Below are positions 11,259 through 20,740 of a DNA stretch of 59,295 bases, piece after piece (positions within the stretch are counted from its first letter, which is position 1; every line of letters starts with the position of its first letter). The notes under the pieces are model-generated. The model was not told the origin of the DNA. It made no database searches and worked only from the letters and a program-made list of their open reading frames with translations. This DNA comes from an uncultured Peptostreptococcaceae bacterium. Its GTDB lineage: Bacteria > Bacillota > Clostridia > Peptostreptococcales > BM714. The DNA is taken from assembly GCA_964512505.1 (NCBI GenBank), contig CAZEHH010000003.1, forward strand, positions 1 to 59,295, written 5' to 3'. The position numbers and the translations under genes are program-made.

Positions 11259-12200
11259 CTATCCCATGTCCTTTTCATAGGGCTGTCCATCGGCTTTGGG
11301 TGCCACCGAACGCCCGACAACACCTGCAAGGGCCAAAATTGTGGCTACATAAGGAAGCATCTGAAGAAATTCCTGCGCAATGGGAATACCAAAGGACTGC
11401 GCCTGTATCTGTATGGCATCGGCCAATCCGAAGAACAGACAAGCAAATAATGCTCCAACAGGGTGCCATTTGCCGAATATCATGGCGGCCAAAGCTATGA
11501 AGCCTTTTCCTGCAGTCATCCCTTCCCTGAAAAGGCTTATTGTTCCTATAGAAAGAGACGCGCCGGCTATGCCCGCCAATGCTCCGCTTATCATCACGCA
11601 TATGTATCTTGTCAGATACACGTTTATTCCCACTGTATCGGCGGCGCGCGGATGTTCTCCAACCGCTCTTATCCTCAAGCCGAATGATGTTTTGAATAAT
11701 ACGTAATACGATATTCCAACCATCAGGAACGCAAAATATACAAAGGGGGTAAATCTCGAGAAGAGATCTCCAAGAACCGGAATCCCCTCCAAAAATTCAA
11801 ACGGGTTGTCTGTCAATGCTTTCTCTACGGAAGGTGTCGAACCGGACCTGTTCCAAACCATTTCAAGCAGAAAAGCTGTAAGACTGACTGCAAGCAGATT
11901 TATTGCAACACCCGCTACAACCTGATTCCCTCTCAAATGGATGGATACCACCGCCAAAAGCAATGATGTCAATATGCCTATTATTATGGCCGCAAGAACA
12001 CCAATCCAGGGATTTCCTGTCAAGTGCGTGAAAAGCACGGCAAAAAATGCTCCCATTATCATTATTCCTTCAAGCGCTATGTTTACAACCCCGGATCTTT
12101 CGGAGAACACTCCTCCAAGAGAAGCAAATATGAGGGGAGTCGCAAGGCGAATTGCAGAGGCCACTATTGCAATTACAACTACAGTTGTTCCGTTGTCCAT
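11259..12200 (-). CDS. ABC transporter permease (BMP/nucleoside-type, second permease)
   Basis: 313 aa, polytopic. It belongs to the sugar/nucleoside ABC permease family and is contiguous with the upstream permease. Confidence 0.85.
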   Translation of the reverse strand: MDNGTTVVVIAIVASAIRLATPLIFASLGGVFSERSGVVNIALEGIMIMGAFFAVLFTHLTGNPWIGVLAAIIIGILTSLLLAVVSIHLRGNQVVAGVAINLLAVSLTAFLLEMVWNRSGSTPSVEKALTDNPFEFLEGIPVLGDLFSRFTPFVYFAFLMVGISYYVLFKTSFGLRIRAVGEHPRAADTVGINVYLTRYICVMISGALAGIAGASLSIGTISLFREGMTAGKGFIALAAMIFGKWHPVGALFACLFFGLADAIQIQAQSFGIPIAQEFLQMLPYVATILALAGVVGRSVAPKADGQPYEKDMG

Positions 12201-13295
12201 TTATTCCGCCTCCTTATGCATAGCAGTCTTTTTTCTTTTGGCAATCAATTGAACTACAAGCTTGCCGGCTATGAATATTATGATTACTCCCTGAATAATT
12301 CCTATAACTTCTTTTGGTATTCCTGCCAATTGCATTTTTCTGGCACCATTGCTTAAGACTCCGAACAATAGGGCGCTTGCGAGCACGCCTATTGGATGAT
12401 TGCCGCCAACAAGCGCCACTGCAATCCCATCAAATCCATAGCCTGACATGGCCGCAGACATATTGACTTTGTAAATCAATCCGGCAACCTGCACGGCACC
12501 GGCCAAACCTGCCAATATTCCCGATATGAACATTGCAAGTACTATGTTTTTCTTTTTGCTTATGCCGCCGTATTCCGCGGCTTCAGGATTAAAGCCGACA
12601 GACCTTATCTCATAGCCCAAAGTCGTTTTGAATAATAGATAGTAAATTGCCAAAGCGCATGCAATCCCGATAAATATGCCGGTGTGGGCGCTTGAATACC
12701 CGAATTGGGGTATGAATTCACTCAGTTTGGAAAGCCTGGCTTTCTCGGGTATCGACACTGAAAACGCCATTTTGGTTGTTCCCTCGAGCACTTGCGGATT
12801 CAAAACGGTTCTGATTATATAGTTTGTTCCTATGAGTGCCGTATAATTGAGCATTATTGTTGTGATTACCTCATGCACACCAAACCTCGCTTTCAGAAAA
12901 CCGGCTATTGAAGCCCAAATGCCTCCCGCCAAAGCTCCAAAAAATAGAATCAAGGGCAAAAGTATTGTTCCCGGTAAATTCTGAAAATACCAACCGATTG
13001 CAATTGCGGTTATGGAACCGGCTATGTACTGACCTTCGGCTCCAATATTGAAAAGACCCGTCCTGAAAGCAAATGCAACCGACAATCCGGTAAAAATCAA
13101 AGGAGTTGTCTTATAAAGAGTTTCCCCGATTTTAGTCAAGCCCCCCACGCTTCCTTTGAAAAGAGCCGTGTAGGCCACAATCGGATTGCTCCCTGCAATG
13201 ATTATGAATAAAGCTCCGATTACAAATCCAAGAACTATTGCGATCAAAGGAAGTTTCAGATTGTCCCACAGCCATTTAAGTCCATTTTTATTCAT
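12201..13295 (-). CDS. ABC transporter permease (BMP/nucleoside-type, first permease)
   Basis: 364 aa, polytopic. It overlaps the ATPase gene end by 8 nt. Confidence 0.85.
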   Translation of the reverse strand: MNKNGLKWLWDNLKLPLIAIVLGFVIGALFIIIAGSNPIVAYTALFKGSVGGLTKIGETLYKTTPLIFTGLSVAFAFRTGLFNIGAEGQYIAGSITAIAIGWYFQNLPGTILLPLILFFGALAGGIWASIAGFLKARFGVHEVITTIMLNYTALIGTNYIIRTVLNPQVLEGTTKMAFSVSIPEKARLSKLSEFIPQFGYSSAHTGIFIGIACALAIYYLLFKTTLGYEIRSVGFNPEAAEYGGISKKKNIVLAMFISGILAGLAGAVQVAGLIYKVNMSAAMSGYGFDGIAVALVGGNHPIGVLASALLFGVLSNGARKMQLAGIPKEVIGIIQGVIIIFIAGKLVVQLIAKRKKTAMHKEAE

Positions 13296-14823
13296 CCTTC
13301 ATCTCCCTTTCCGGTTTGCCGCCAGCCATCATGATTCCCAATTCCTTTTCCGTTGCATCCTTGGCATCGACAATCCCGACAATTCTACCGTCATAGATTA
13401 CTGCAATGCGGTCAGCCAGAGACATTACCTCATCAAGCTCAAGCGAAATAAGCAGAACCGCCTTGTCATCGTTTCTTTGGTCTATGAGCCTTTTATGAAC
13501 AAATTCTATAGCTCCAACATCAAGCCCTCTTGTAGGTTGCGCCGCGATAAGCAATTTCGGGTTCTTATAGAATTCCCTTGCTATTATGACTTTCTGCTGA
13601 TTTCCGCCGGAAAGCGATTTAGCCTGGACCTGCTCTCCCGGGGTCCTTATGTCAAACTCTTTTATCAAGGTTTTGCCATGCTTGGCTACAGCATTGTAAT
13701 CCATCATCTTCCTTTTGCTGAAAGGTTCGCTGTGGTGGTATCCAAGAATCATATTCTCGGCCAATGAATGTTCCAGAATCAATCCTCTTCTATGCCTGTC
13801 CTCAGGTATGTGTCCAACTCCCATGTTGATTATTTCACGGGTGGACATGTTGGTGATGTTCTCGCCGTCCAATTCAACTCTTCCGGATTCGATTTTAGCA
13901 AGTCCTGTGATAGCCTCAACCAATTGTGATTGACCATTGCCGTCGACACCTGCGATTGCGAGAACTTCTCCAGCCTTAACCTCAAACGACACATCTTTTA
14001 CAGCCTCTATTTTTCTGCTGTCAAGAACCTTCAAATTTTCAACTTTCAGTATTGTCTTTCCAGCTTCCTTTTCCTTCTTGTCTACTTCAAGCTTAACTTT
14101 TCTCCCAACCATCAACTCTGCAAGAGCATCAATATCGGTGCCTGACGTATCCAAGGTTTCTATGACCTGTCCTTTACGGATTACGGTTACCCGGTCGCTC
14201 ATTGACATGACTTCCTTGAGTTTATGTGTTATCAAGATTACCGACTTGCCTTCCGACGTCAGCTTTTTGATTATTTCTCCCAATTCATCTATTTCCTGCG
14301 GAGTTAAAACAGCTGTAGGTTCATCCAAAATCAGTATGTCCGCGCCTCTGTAAAGGGCCTTTATTATTTCAACCCTCTGCTGCAAACCAACTGAAATATC
14401 CTGCACTTTTATGTCGGGATCAATTTTCAAGCCAAAATTCTCGGAAAGTTCAAGCACTCTTTCCCTTGCCAGATCCATATCCATTCTCAGTTTCCAAAAT
14501 TTATTGGGTTCATTCCCCAAAACTATGTTTTCAGTAACTGTAAAAGGAGGCACAAGCATAAAATGCTGATGCACCATTCCTATCCTATGCTCAATTGCAA
14601 TATTCGGATTTTTCATATTCACTTTTTCTCCGCGAATGAATATTTCACCCGAAGTTTGCTGATAGAGTCCATACAGTATATTCATGAGAGTGGTTTTTCC
14701 CGCTCCGTTTTCGCCAAGCAATACATGTATCTCGCCTTCTTTAAGATTGAAATTGACATTGTCATTGGCGATTACGCCCGGGAAAATTTTAGTTATGTTT
14801 TTCATTTCGACTATATTTGGCAA
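13288..14823 (-). CDS. ABC transporter ATP-binding protein, duplicated ATPase cassette
   Basis: 511 aa. Walker A GENGAGKTT and LSVGLQQRVEI in the first half; signature LSGGNQQK in the second half. Confidence 0.92.
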   Translation of the reverse strand: MPNIVEMKNITKIFPGVIANDNVNFNLKEGEIHVLLGENGAGKTTLMNILYGLYQQTSGEIFIRGEKVNMKNPNIAIEHRIGMVHQHFMLVPPFTVTENIVLGNEPNKFWKLRMDMDLARERVLELSENFGLKIDPDIKVQDISVGLQQRVEIIKALYRGADILILDEPTAVLTPQEIDELGEIIKKLTSEGKSVILITHKLKEVMSMSDRVTVIRKGQVIETLDTSGTDIDALAELMVGRKVKLEVDKKEKEAGKTILKVENLKVLDSRKIEAVKDVSFEVKAGEVLAIAGVDGNGQSQLVEAITGLAKIESGRVELDGENITNMSTREIINMGVGHIPEDRHRRGLILEHSLAENMILGYHHSEPFSKRKMMDYNAVAKHGKTLIKEFDIRTPGEQVQAKSLSGGNQQKVIIAREFYKNPKLLIAAQPTRGLDVGAIEFVHKRLIDQRNDDKAVLLISLELDEVMSLADRIAVIYDGRIVGIVDAKDATEKELGIMMAGGKPEREMKDE

Positions 14824-14848
14824 AATCGTTCCTCCTTGTAAAAAAAAT

Positions 14849-14874
14849 AAGGTCAGATATTTTCATCTGACCTT
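14849..14874 (-). terminator. intra-operon terminator/attenuator between the binding-protein gene and the ATPase gene
   Basis: aaggtcagat-attttc-atctgacctt gives a 10-bp stem. The minus-strand reading is followed by ATTTTTTTT. Confidence 0.75.
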
Positions 14875-14907
14875 ATTATAAACCATTTTCGCATCATTAA
14901 CTACAAT

Positions 14908-15960
14908 TTAGATTTCAGGAACCTCAAATGCATCGAAAGTTTCTTTGTCGTAAGGCACTTCGAAAACTCCATCTACTACTGCAGCTTTGTAATTTTCAGC
15001 TATTTCTGCTATTTCTGCAGGCACATTCCCTGCATTGTCGCTGTATCCAACGCCTTCTTCAGCAAGTCCGAAGACCAGGTTTGAACCATCGAATGTTCCG
15101 TCGACAACAGCTTTTGTAGCCAAATAAGTAGCATTGTCAACACGCTTGATCATCGAGCAAAGAACATGCTCGGGATCGAGTGCCGATTGGTCCATGTCTA
15201 CTCCGATTGCCCAGAAACCCTGTTCTCCTGCCGCTTCGATAACGCCTATTCCACAAGCTCCGGAAGCATGGTAAATGACATCAGCGCCGGCTTGGTTTTG
15301 CGCAAGGGCATTTTCTTTTCCAAGTTGAGGATTGTCGAAAGCGCCTGTATAGTTGATTATTATTTCAGCATCTGGATTTACCGCTTTTACACCGGCTTCA
15401 AACCCGTATTGGAACTTTTCGATCAAGGCGAACTGCATGCCGCCAACAAATCCAACCTTGTCGGTTTCTGTCATTAATCCTGCTATTACTCCTGTAAGGA
15501 ATGATCCTTCCTGCTCTTTGAATGTAAGTCCTGCCGCATTGGGAGCATCTACAACTTCATCGATGATTGCAAATTTTTGGTCAGGGAATTGCGCTGCAGC
15601 TTCAGCAGTTGCAGTTTGCATCAAGAAACCAACTGAAATTATAAGGTCGGCTCCATCTTCAGCCGCAGCTGAAAGGTTCGGCCCATAATCGTCAGCAGTT
15701 TGAGATTCCAAAACGCTTACTTCAACTCCAAAATCCTCTTCGGCGTTTACAAGTCCTGCATATGCCGAATCATTGAAGGACTCGTCGCCCAATCCGCCTG
15801 TGTCAGTGATCATTGTGACCCTTAATGCTTCTTCCACTGGTTCTTCCGCAACATCTTCAGGTGCTTCTTCCTCTGGTGTTTCTTCCGCTGGCGCGCAAGC
15901 TGAAAATACCGAAACCATCAAAATCAATACTAAAAATAATGCCAACCATTTTCTACTCAT
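14908..15960 (-). CDS. BMP-family (PnrA/Med-like) ABC substrate-binding lipoprotein, probably purine nucleoside binding
   Basis: 350 aa. Lipobox VFSAC follows a signal peptide, then an acidic linker and a BMP-family body (DTGGLGDESFND, GFVGG). Confidence 0.88.
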   Translation of the reverse strand: MSRKWLALFLVLILMVSVFSACAPAEETPEEEAPEDVAEEPVEEALRVTMITDTGGLGDESFNDSAYAGLVNAEEDFGVEVSVLESQTADDYGPNLSAAAEDGADLIISVGFLMQTATAEAAAQFPDQKFAIIDEVVDAPNAAGLTFKEQEGSFLTGVIAGLMTETDKVGFVGGMQFALIEKFQYGFEAGVKAVNPDAEIIINYTGAFDNPQLGKENALAQNQAGADVIYHASGACGIGVIEAAGEQGFWAIGVDMDQSALDPEHVLCSMIKRVDNATYLATKAVVDGTFDGSNLVFGLAEEGVGYSDNAGNVPAEIAEIAENYKAAVVDGVFEVPYDKETFDAFEVPEI

Positions 15961-16054
15961 TAAATAATCCTCCTCATTTGATTTATTTATTTATCTTTTC
16001 CCATACTTCTACATTGTTACCCAAAATCCTTCCAAAGCTTACAAAAATAAAAAA

Positions 16055-16082
16055 TTAGGGCGGTTTTAAATTTCCGCCCTAA
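16055..16082 (-). terminator. terminator after grdD
   Basis: ttagggcgg-ttttaaattt-ccgccctaa. The minus-strand reading is followed by a T-rich run. Confidence 0.7.
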
Positions 16083-16089
16083 TCTCTTT

Positions 16090-17271
16090 TTAGCATGGTG
16101 AGGATTCTTTTGCCATATATCCTTTTTCAACTAGCACATCCGCAGCCATCTTTACTTTTTCTTCATTGACCATTACAACCGGACCGGTACAGCCCATTCC
16201 GCTTTCAGCATATATGCCTGCTTTCCACAAGGCCTGAACTGCGTCTTCCAATTCCATTATGTCTATACCTGACAAGGTCCCTGTAACAATTTCCTTTGCT
16301 GGCGGCTCTGCTGCTTCTTCAGAAATTTCTTTCTTTTCTTTGGCCGAGCTTTCAATCAAATTTTTCAATCCGGCTTTTTCCGCTTTTTCAAATTCATCCC
16401 GGGCGATACCCCCCAGTCCGCCCCGGGCCAAGCATGAAGCATACTCTATTGCATTGGCAACCACCGGAATCCCTGAAGCTCTGGAAAGGATCAATATGGT
16501 TCGACCGTAATCCTTGCCCACTCCAGGTCCGTACCCGTAGCCGGACGCTTCATAGCTTCCGCCCGTCGTATAGGATGAAAACATTTTCATCAGGATATTC
16601 CCTGTCAGTGTATCCGTAACCATTACATCCACACTGCCGCAGAGCAGGTCGTTTCCCCTCATGACAACTCCGCCGTCCGCTCTGTGCGACTCTCCGAATG
16701 AAATGTTGTATCCGTTGGCTTTCAATTCATTGAGAAGTCTCTCGACTTGTCTTGCTCCGTCAAGGTTAAGAATGCCAACTGTCGGCTCCTCGATTCCTAT
16801 TGCCTTGGCAGCTATTATCCCATGCAATGCATTCCGTATCATCGCTTCCGTACGATTCATGGAAGATGTTCCTGTCGTAGTGGCAATAATCATTTCCTTT
16901 CCAGTCCCCGGGACAAGAACCCTGCCCACAGTCGAAACTCCAATCGGAAAATTGTAATGCATTGTCACACATGCATCAATAAAGCCGCTATCGAGAATTT
17001 CTTCCATTTTAGAATGCATTTCCTTCTCATTTTCAACAACCACCGTTTCAAGACCGGACTCGTTTTCCGGTCCTATAAGAACGATTTCCGTATCTCTCAA
17101 TCTCGAAGCGGCAAGCTTGGCACCTTCAACCAGATTTTCCGTTCCATGCTCGCTTCCGAGAATTGTAAGCCCGACTCTGATTTTTCGCCCAAAAGCGCCT
17201 TTTTCAATAGAATCGGCAATTTCCATAAAAGTATCTTTTATCATTTTCTTTACAGCAATATTTTCAGCCAT
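16090..17271 (-). CDS. grdD: glycine/sarcosine/betaine reductase complex component C, alpha subunit (start taken at the ATG with an AGGGGTG RBS; the track ORF extends to 17289)
   Basis: PlsX-like fold sequence (VTMHYNFPIGVSTVGRV, GILNLDGARQVE) directly downstream of grdC. Confidence 0.9.
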   Translation of the reverse strand: MAENIAVKKMIKDTFMEIADSIEKGAFGRKIRVGLTILGSEHGTENLVEGAKLAASRLRDTEIVLIGPENESGLETVVVENEKEMHSKMEEILDSGFIDACVTMHYNFPIGVSTVGRVLVPGTGKEMIIATTTGTSSMNRTEAMIRNALHGIIAAKAIGIEEPTVGILNLDGARQVERLLNELKANGYNISFGESHRADGGVVMRGNDLLCGSVDVMVTDTLTGNILMKMFSSYTTGGSYEASGYGYGPGVGKDYGRTILILSRASGIPVVANAIEYASCLARGGLGGIARDEFEKAEKAGLKNLIESSAKEKKEISEEAAEPPAKEIVTGTLSGIDIMELEDAVQALWKAGIYAESGMGCTGPVVMVNEEKVKMAADVLVEKGYMAKESSPC

Positions 17272-17281
17272 ATCAACACCC

Positions 17282-18817
17282 CTATTCATCAGTCAGCGTT
17301 TCAGCAAATCCCCTCATGGCTTCAGCAATCAGTTTCTTTATTTCTTCTTTTGAAACCGATTCCTTCTCTTCCATGCCGGTATTCTTTTCCAGAATAACTG
17401 AAACTCCGTCGAATAGATTGGTCATACGTCCGAGAAACAGGCTGCCTTTTCCGACAATCATGGCTTTATCCACTTTTCCTTGGGCCATGTCTTCAATGGC
17501 AAATCCCACATATGGAACTCCGGACGGAATGTGGCCCTGCGTAGGCGCCCAACCCGGCAAACCGTGTTTTTCGACAAAAGACATCAGCTCTTTGCGGTCA
17601 AGTTCCTTTCGCTTTACGCCCAAGGCTCCAATCATTTTATAGTTTGATGTAGGAACATCCCCTGCACCTGCCGGCTTTGTAATATCCGGATTCTGCATTT
17701 CAACCGAATATTTGTCGATATCGGTTATTTTGAGATTCCCCTTGTCCAAAGGAGCCGTAATCAAAGATGTTATAACTGCCTGAGGCGATGAACCTGTTCC
17801 TACGGTATGCCTTCCAACAAGATCAGTTCTTATTACAGGACTCGTTCCGTCATTTTGGCTTATCATTATTGCAAATCCGCCAAGCACGTCCTCCAAAACA
17901 GGATATCCTTTTTTGACATGGTCTTTTCCGTTCATGCCAAGCTTTGCTGTTGCACCGCCAGCCACAATGACAACATTTTCATACACTCCTGCCTGCACCA
18001 AAGCCGATGCGTTTATCAATGCATGAGTTGGCGCCGCACAAAAGCCTCTTGTGTCAGAACCGGTAGCATTGACTGCTCCCGCCATTTCGGCAATAGCCTT
18101 GGCAAAGTTTCCTCCGCCTCGCTGGTTTATGTCTCCACAAGCTTCCTCCGAGCACTCAATGACATACTCTATTGAAGCAGGGTCCAAATCATTCTTTGCG
18201 ATAAGGTTTCTTAAAGCCAAGGCTCCGGAAGCCTTTACAACTATGTTTTCAAACATGGTATGGGCATTTAAGTTTATGTCTATGTCATGCGCTCGCTTTA
18301 CACACCCTACCACTTTGCCGTTCATATAAATGCCTTCAGAGTGATATTCATCAATTTGCTTTGTGATTTCTTCGATTCCAAGTCCTTCTTTGATTTTTTC
18401 AATGTCCTTTTCATCAAAAAGAGGATGCTTTTGCAATTTCTGTTTTACTTCCGCGGCGAATTTCTTTTCCAGTTTGACTAGGTCAAAGGCATCAGCCATT
18501 TTCATCAAGCCGATAAACTCGTCCTGGGGCATGATTTCTCCGTATTTCCCAAATCTTTCTTTTATTGGGGATTCCTTGTCAAACCAAGGCATGTCATATT
18601 CTTTCAATTTTTCGGGATGCAAATTCCCAATGTAAACCTGATTCGGCAAATAAGCCACAACATCATCGAAGGTTCTAATATGCTCTGCCAATCCTTTGAG
18701 ATATTCAGAATCCGGATTTGTCAACTTTTCAGTTGTCTGTGTAGATCCGTTATGGACCAACATGTCCGGAGTATTGACCAAAACATAACCGGCCCCTTTG
18801 ACTATGGGAAATTTCAT
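17282..18817 (-). CDS. grdC: glycine/sarcosine/betaine reductase complex component C, beta subunit
   Basis: 511 aa with a thiolase/KAS-like body (GSDTRGFCAAPTHAL), in grd context. Confidence 0.9.
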   Translation of the reverse strand: MKFPIVKGAGYVLVNTPDMLVHNGSTQTTEKLTNPDSEYLKGLAEHIRTFDDVVAYLPNQVYIGNLHPEKLKEYDMPWFDKESPIKERFGKYGEIMPQDEFIGLMKMADAFDLVKLEKKFAAEVKQKLQKHPLFDEKDIEKIKEGLGIEEITKQIDEYHSEGIYMNGKVVGCVKRAHDIDINLNAHTMFENIVVKASGALALRNLIAKNDLDPASIEYVIECSEEACGDINQRGGGNFAKAIAEMAGAVNATGSDTRGFCAAPTHALINASALVQAGVYENVVIVAGGATAKLGMNGKDHVKKGYPVLEDVLGGFAIMISQNDGTSPVIRTDLVGRHTVGTGSSPQAVITSLITAPLDKGNLKITDIDKYSVEMQNPDITKPAGAGDVPTSNYKMIGALGVKRKELDRKELMSFVEKHGLPGWAPTQGHIPSGVPYVGFAIEDMAQGKVDKAMIVGKGSLFLGRMTNLFDGVSVILEKNTGMEEKESVSKEEIKKLIAEAMRGFAETLTDE

Positions 18818-18863
18818 GTCCTCACCTCCAAAGTTGATATACGTACATAATCATTTTAAATAA

Positions 18864-18890
18864 GGGCGGCCTCAATCATAAGACCGCCCC
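18864..18890 (-). terminator. hairpin between grdB and grdC (partial terminator or processing site)
   Basis: gggcgg-N14-ccgccc. The minus-strand reading is followed by TTATTTAAAAT. Confidence 0.4.
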
Positions 18891-18897
18891 CAATATT

Positions 18898-20208
18898 TTA
18901 GTCCTCAAAAACTGTCTGATCGTCCACTTCAACCGTCAAAGCATCAAGAGCTTTTTCAACCAATTTTCTTCTCAGGCCCTTTTCTTCCTCGGCGTTAAGG
19001 CTTGGATCCCCGAGAGGATGAGGTATTGCGATTGCCGGCACGATTCTGTTTGCTCCGACTGTCAACGAAATCGGTACTACAGTACATATATGGACTATAG
19101 GCAAACCGACTCTTTCAATTTCTTTCAGCATAGATGCACCGCATCTTGTACAGGTGCCTCAGGTGGAAGTCATGATTACTCCGTCGACTCCGTCAGCTAA
19201 AAGCTCTTGCGCATATTCCTTTGAAAATTTTACTGCATTTCCAACAGATGTGCCATTTCCTACTGTAGTATAGAAATATTTGTGGAGTTCTCCGATTACG
19301 CCTTCTTTTTCAAGGTCTCTCAAAACGTCAACCGGAAGAACCCTGTTGGGGTTGCTGTTTGCGTAACATGGGTCATACCCGCCATGAGCAGTTTCATGGG
19401 TTTCATCAGTAAGATAATCAAATCCGGTCAAATCATATTTGCCGTATTTTGACGCACTCGATGATTCGATATGGTCGGGATTGCCCTTGGGCACTATGCC
19501 GCCTGAAGTCACAACTGCTATCTTTGCCTTCTTAAGGTCTTTCAAGGCAGCAGCCGGGGCAACATGGTCGAAAACAGGCATCGGATATTCAGTAACAAAA
19601 GGTTTGTCGTTGATTTTTGCCACCAACATCTCGACGGCTCTTTCGGCGCCTCTTTTTTCTCTGAATATGTTCCTTCTTACTCCTCTTTCGATGTAATTCT
19701 CTTCAGACGGGCTTCCGAGTTCCTCGCCCTTGGCCATTTTTATTGCAAGCGCAGCCATTTTAGGTATGGCTTTTCTCATATCGGCAGCCGAATTTTTTGT
19801 TTCGACTATGAACAGATCTTTCTTGAATATATCGGCTCCCGGGTTTTCCACATACATTCCTGTCAAAACGGGGATTCCAAGATTGTCTTTTACAGCTTTG
19901 CATATTGCTCCACAGGCTGTTCCATATCTTCCGGCATTGAAAGCCGGTCCTGCTATGAACATATCCGGGGATTTGGATTTGACCATTTCCAAAATAGTCG
20001 CTTCGGCATTCTCCATATTTTCCGCATAATAGGAATCTCCACAAATAATTGTTGCAACAATTTCCATATCATCCTTGAAAGCTGCGGCGAGCGCCATTCC
20101 CGGACCTACTACTCCATCTCTCATTTCCGGTGGGATGTTCGCTTTTTCTTCGCCACCGATACCGGCGAAAAACTGATTTATATAATGAACAACTTTATAC
20201 TTACTCAT
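18898..20208 (-). CDS. grdB: glycine reductase selenoprotein B; one gene with an in-frame UGA (Sec) at 19161..19159
   Basis: Track ORFs 19159..20208 and 18898..19131 share one frame and are separated only by TGA. Read-through gives ...DGVIMTST-U-GTCTRCGASMLKEIERVGLPIVH..., the canonical GrdB Sec motif. Confidence 0.92.
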
Positions 20209-20238
20209 TTTGTTTCCCCCCTTTCACGTTTTCTGTTA

Positions 20239-20712
20239 TCAGTACTTGGAAAAATCATTCCTTATTGACGTCATTTCTTCGATTATTTCATCCACATCCA
20301 AAACCATTTCCATCATGCTTACCTGTTCCTCGTAAACGTCAGAATCGACAGCTTCCTTGAATTCCGGCTCAACTGCGTGATAAACTGCGAGTCCCAACTG
20401 GACTCCTGCTAAAGGACCTGCAAAGGTTGGATCTCCGTTTGTAACGGTTTCAGCAGACAAACCTGCTGATTCAGCTTCCGCTGCGCCGAATACAACAACC
20501 ACATTTTCGGCACCGTGTTTTTCGGCGAGATCTTTAACTCTGTTTTGGTTTTCCAGGTCCATTGCTCCTGCAGCCGTTCAGACGAAGCATTCTGTAGCGG
20601 AGAATACAACTTCAGTTCCGGGAACAGTCTTTATACATTCTTCAATTGCGGGTCCCGGTACGCCGTCTCTATCTCCGATGATTATGATTTTCTTGTTTTC
20701 AAAAGCGCTCAT
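20239..20712 (-). CDS. grdA: glycine reductase selenoprotein A; in-frame UGA (Sec) at 20580..20578
   Basis: The rc from 20712 reads [58 protein letters not shown]... and continues into track ORF 20239..20562. CFVUTAAGAMD is the GrdA redox motif. Confidence 0.93.
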
Positions 20713-20740
20713 TAATCATCATCCTTTCATTCTTTATTTT

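Noticed and set aside
12341-12356. A sigma-54 promoter (TGGCAC...TTGC) search, prompted by the presence of rpoN. The best hit is TGGCACCATTGCTTAA.
   Set aside because: The GG-to-GC spacing is wrong (9 nt instead of 12). The hit lies on the plus strand inside a minus-strand permease gene. I found no convincing -24/-12 element in any intergenic region.
18898-20208. grdB (and likewise grdA, 20239..20712) looks like a pseudogene broken by a stop codon.
   Set aside because: The single interrupting codon is TGA at exactly the conserved selenocysteine position (TST-U-GTCTRCG in GrdB; CFV-U-TAAGAMD in GrdA). Both halves share one frame and are otherwise intact.
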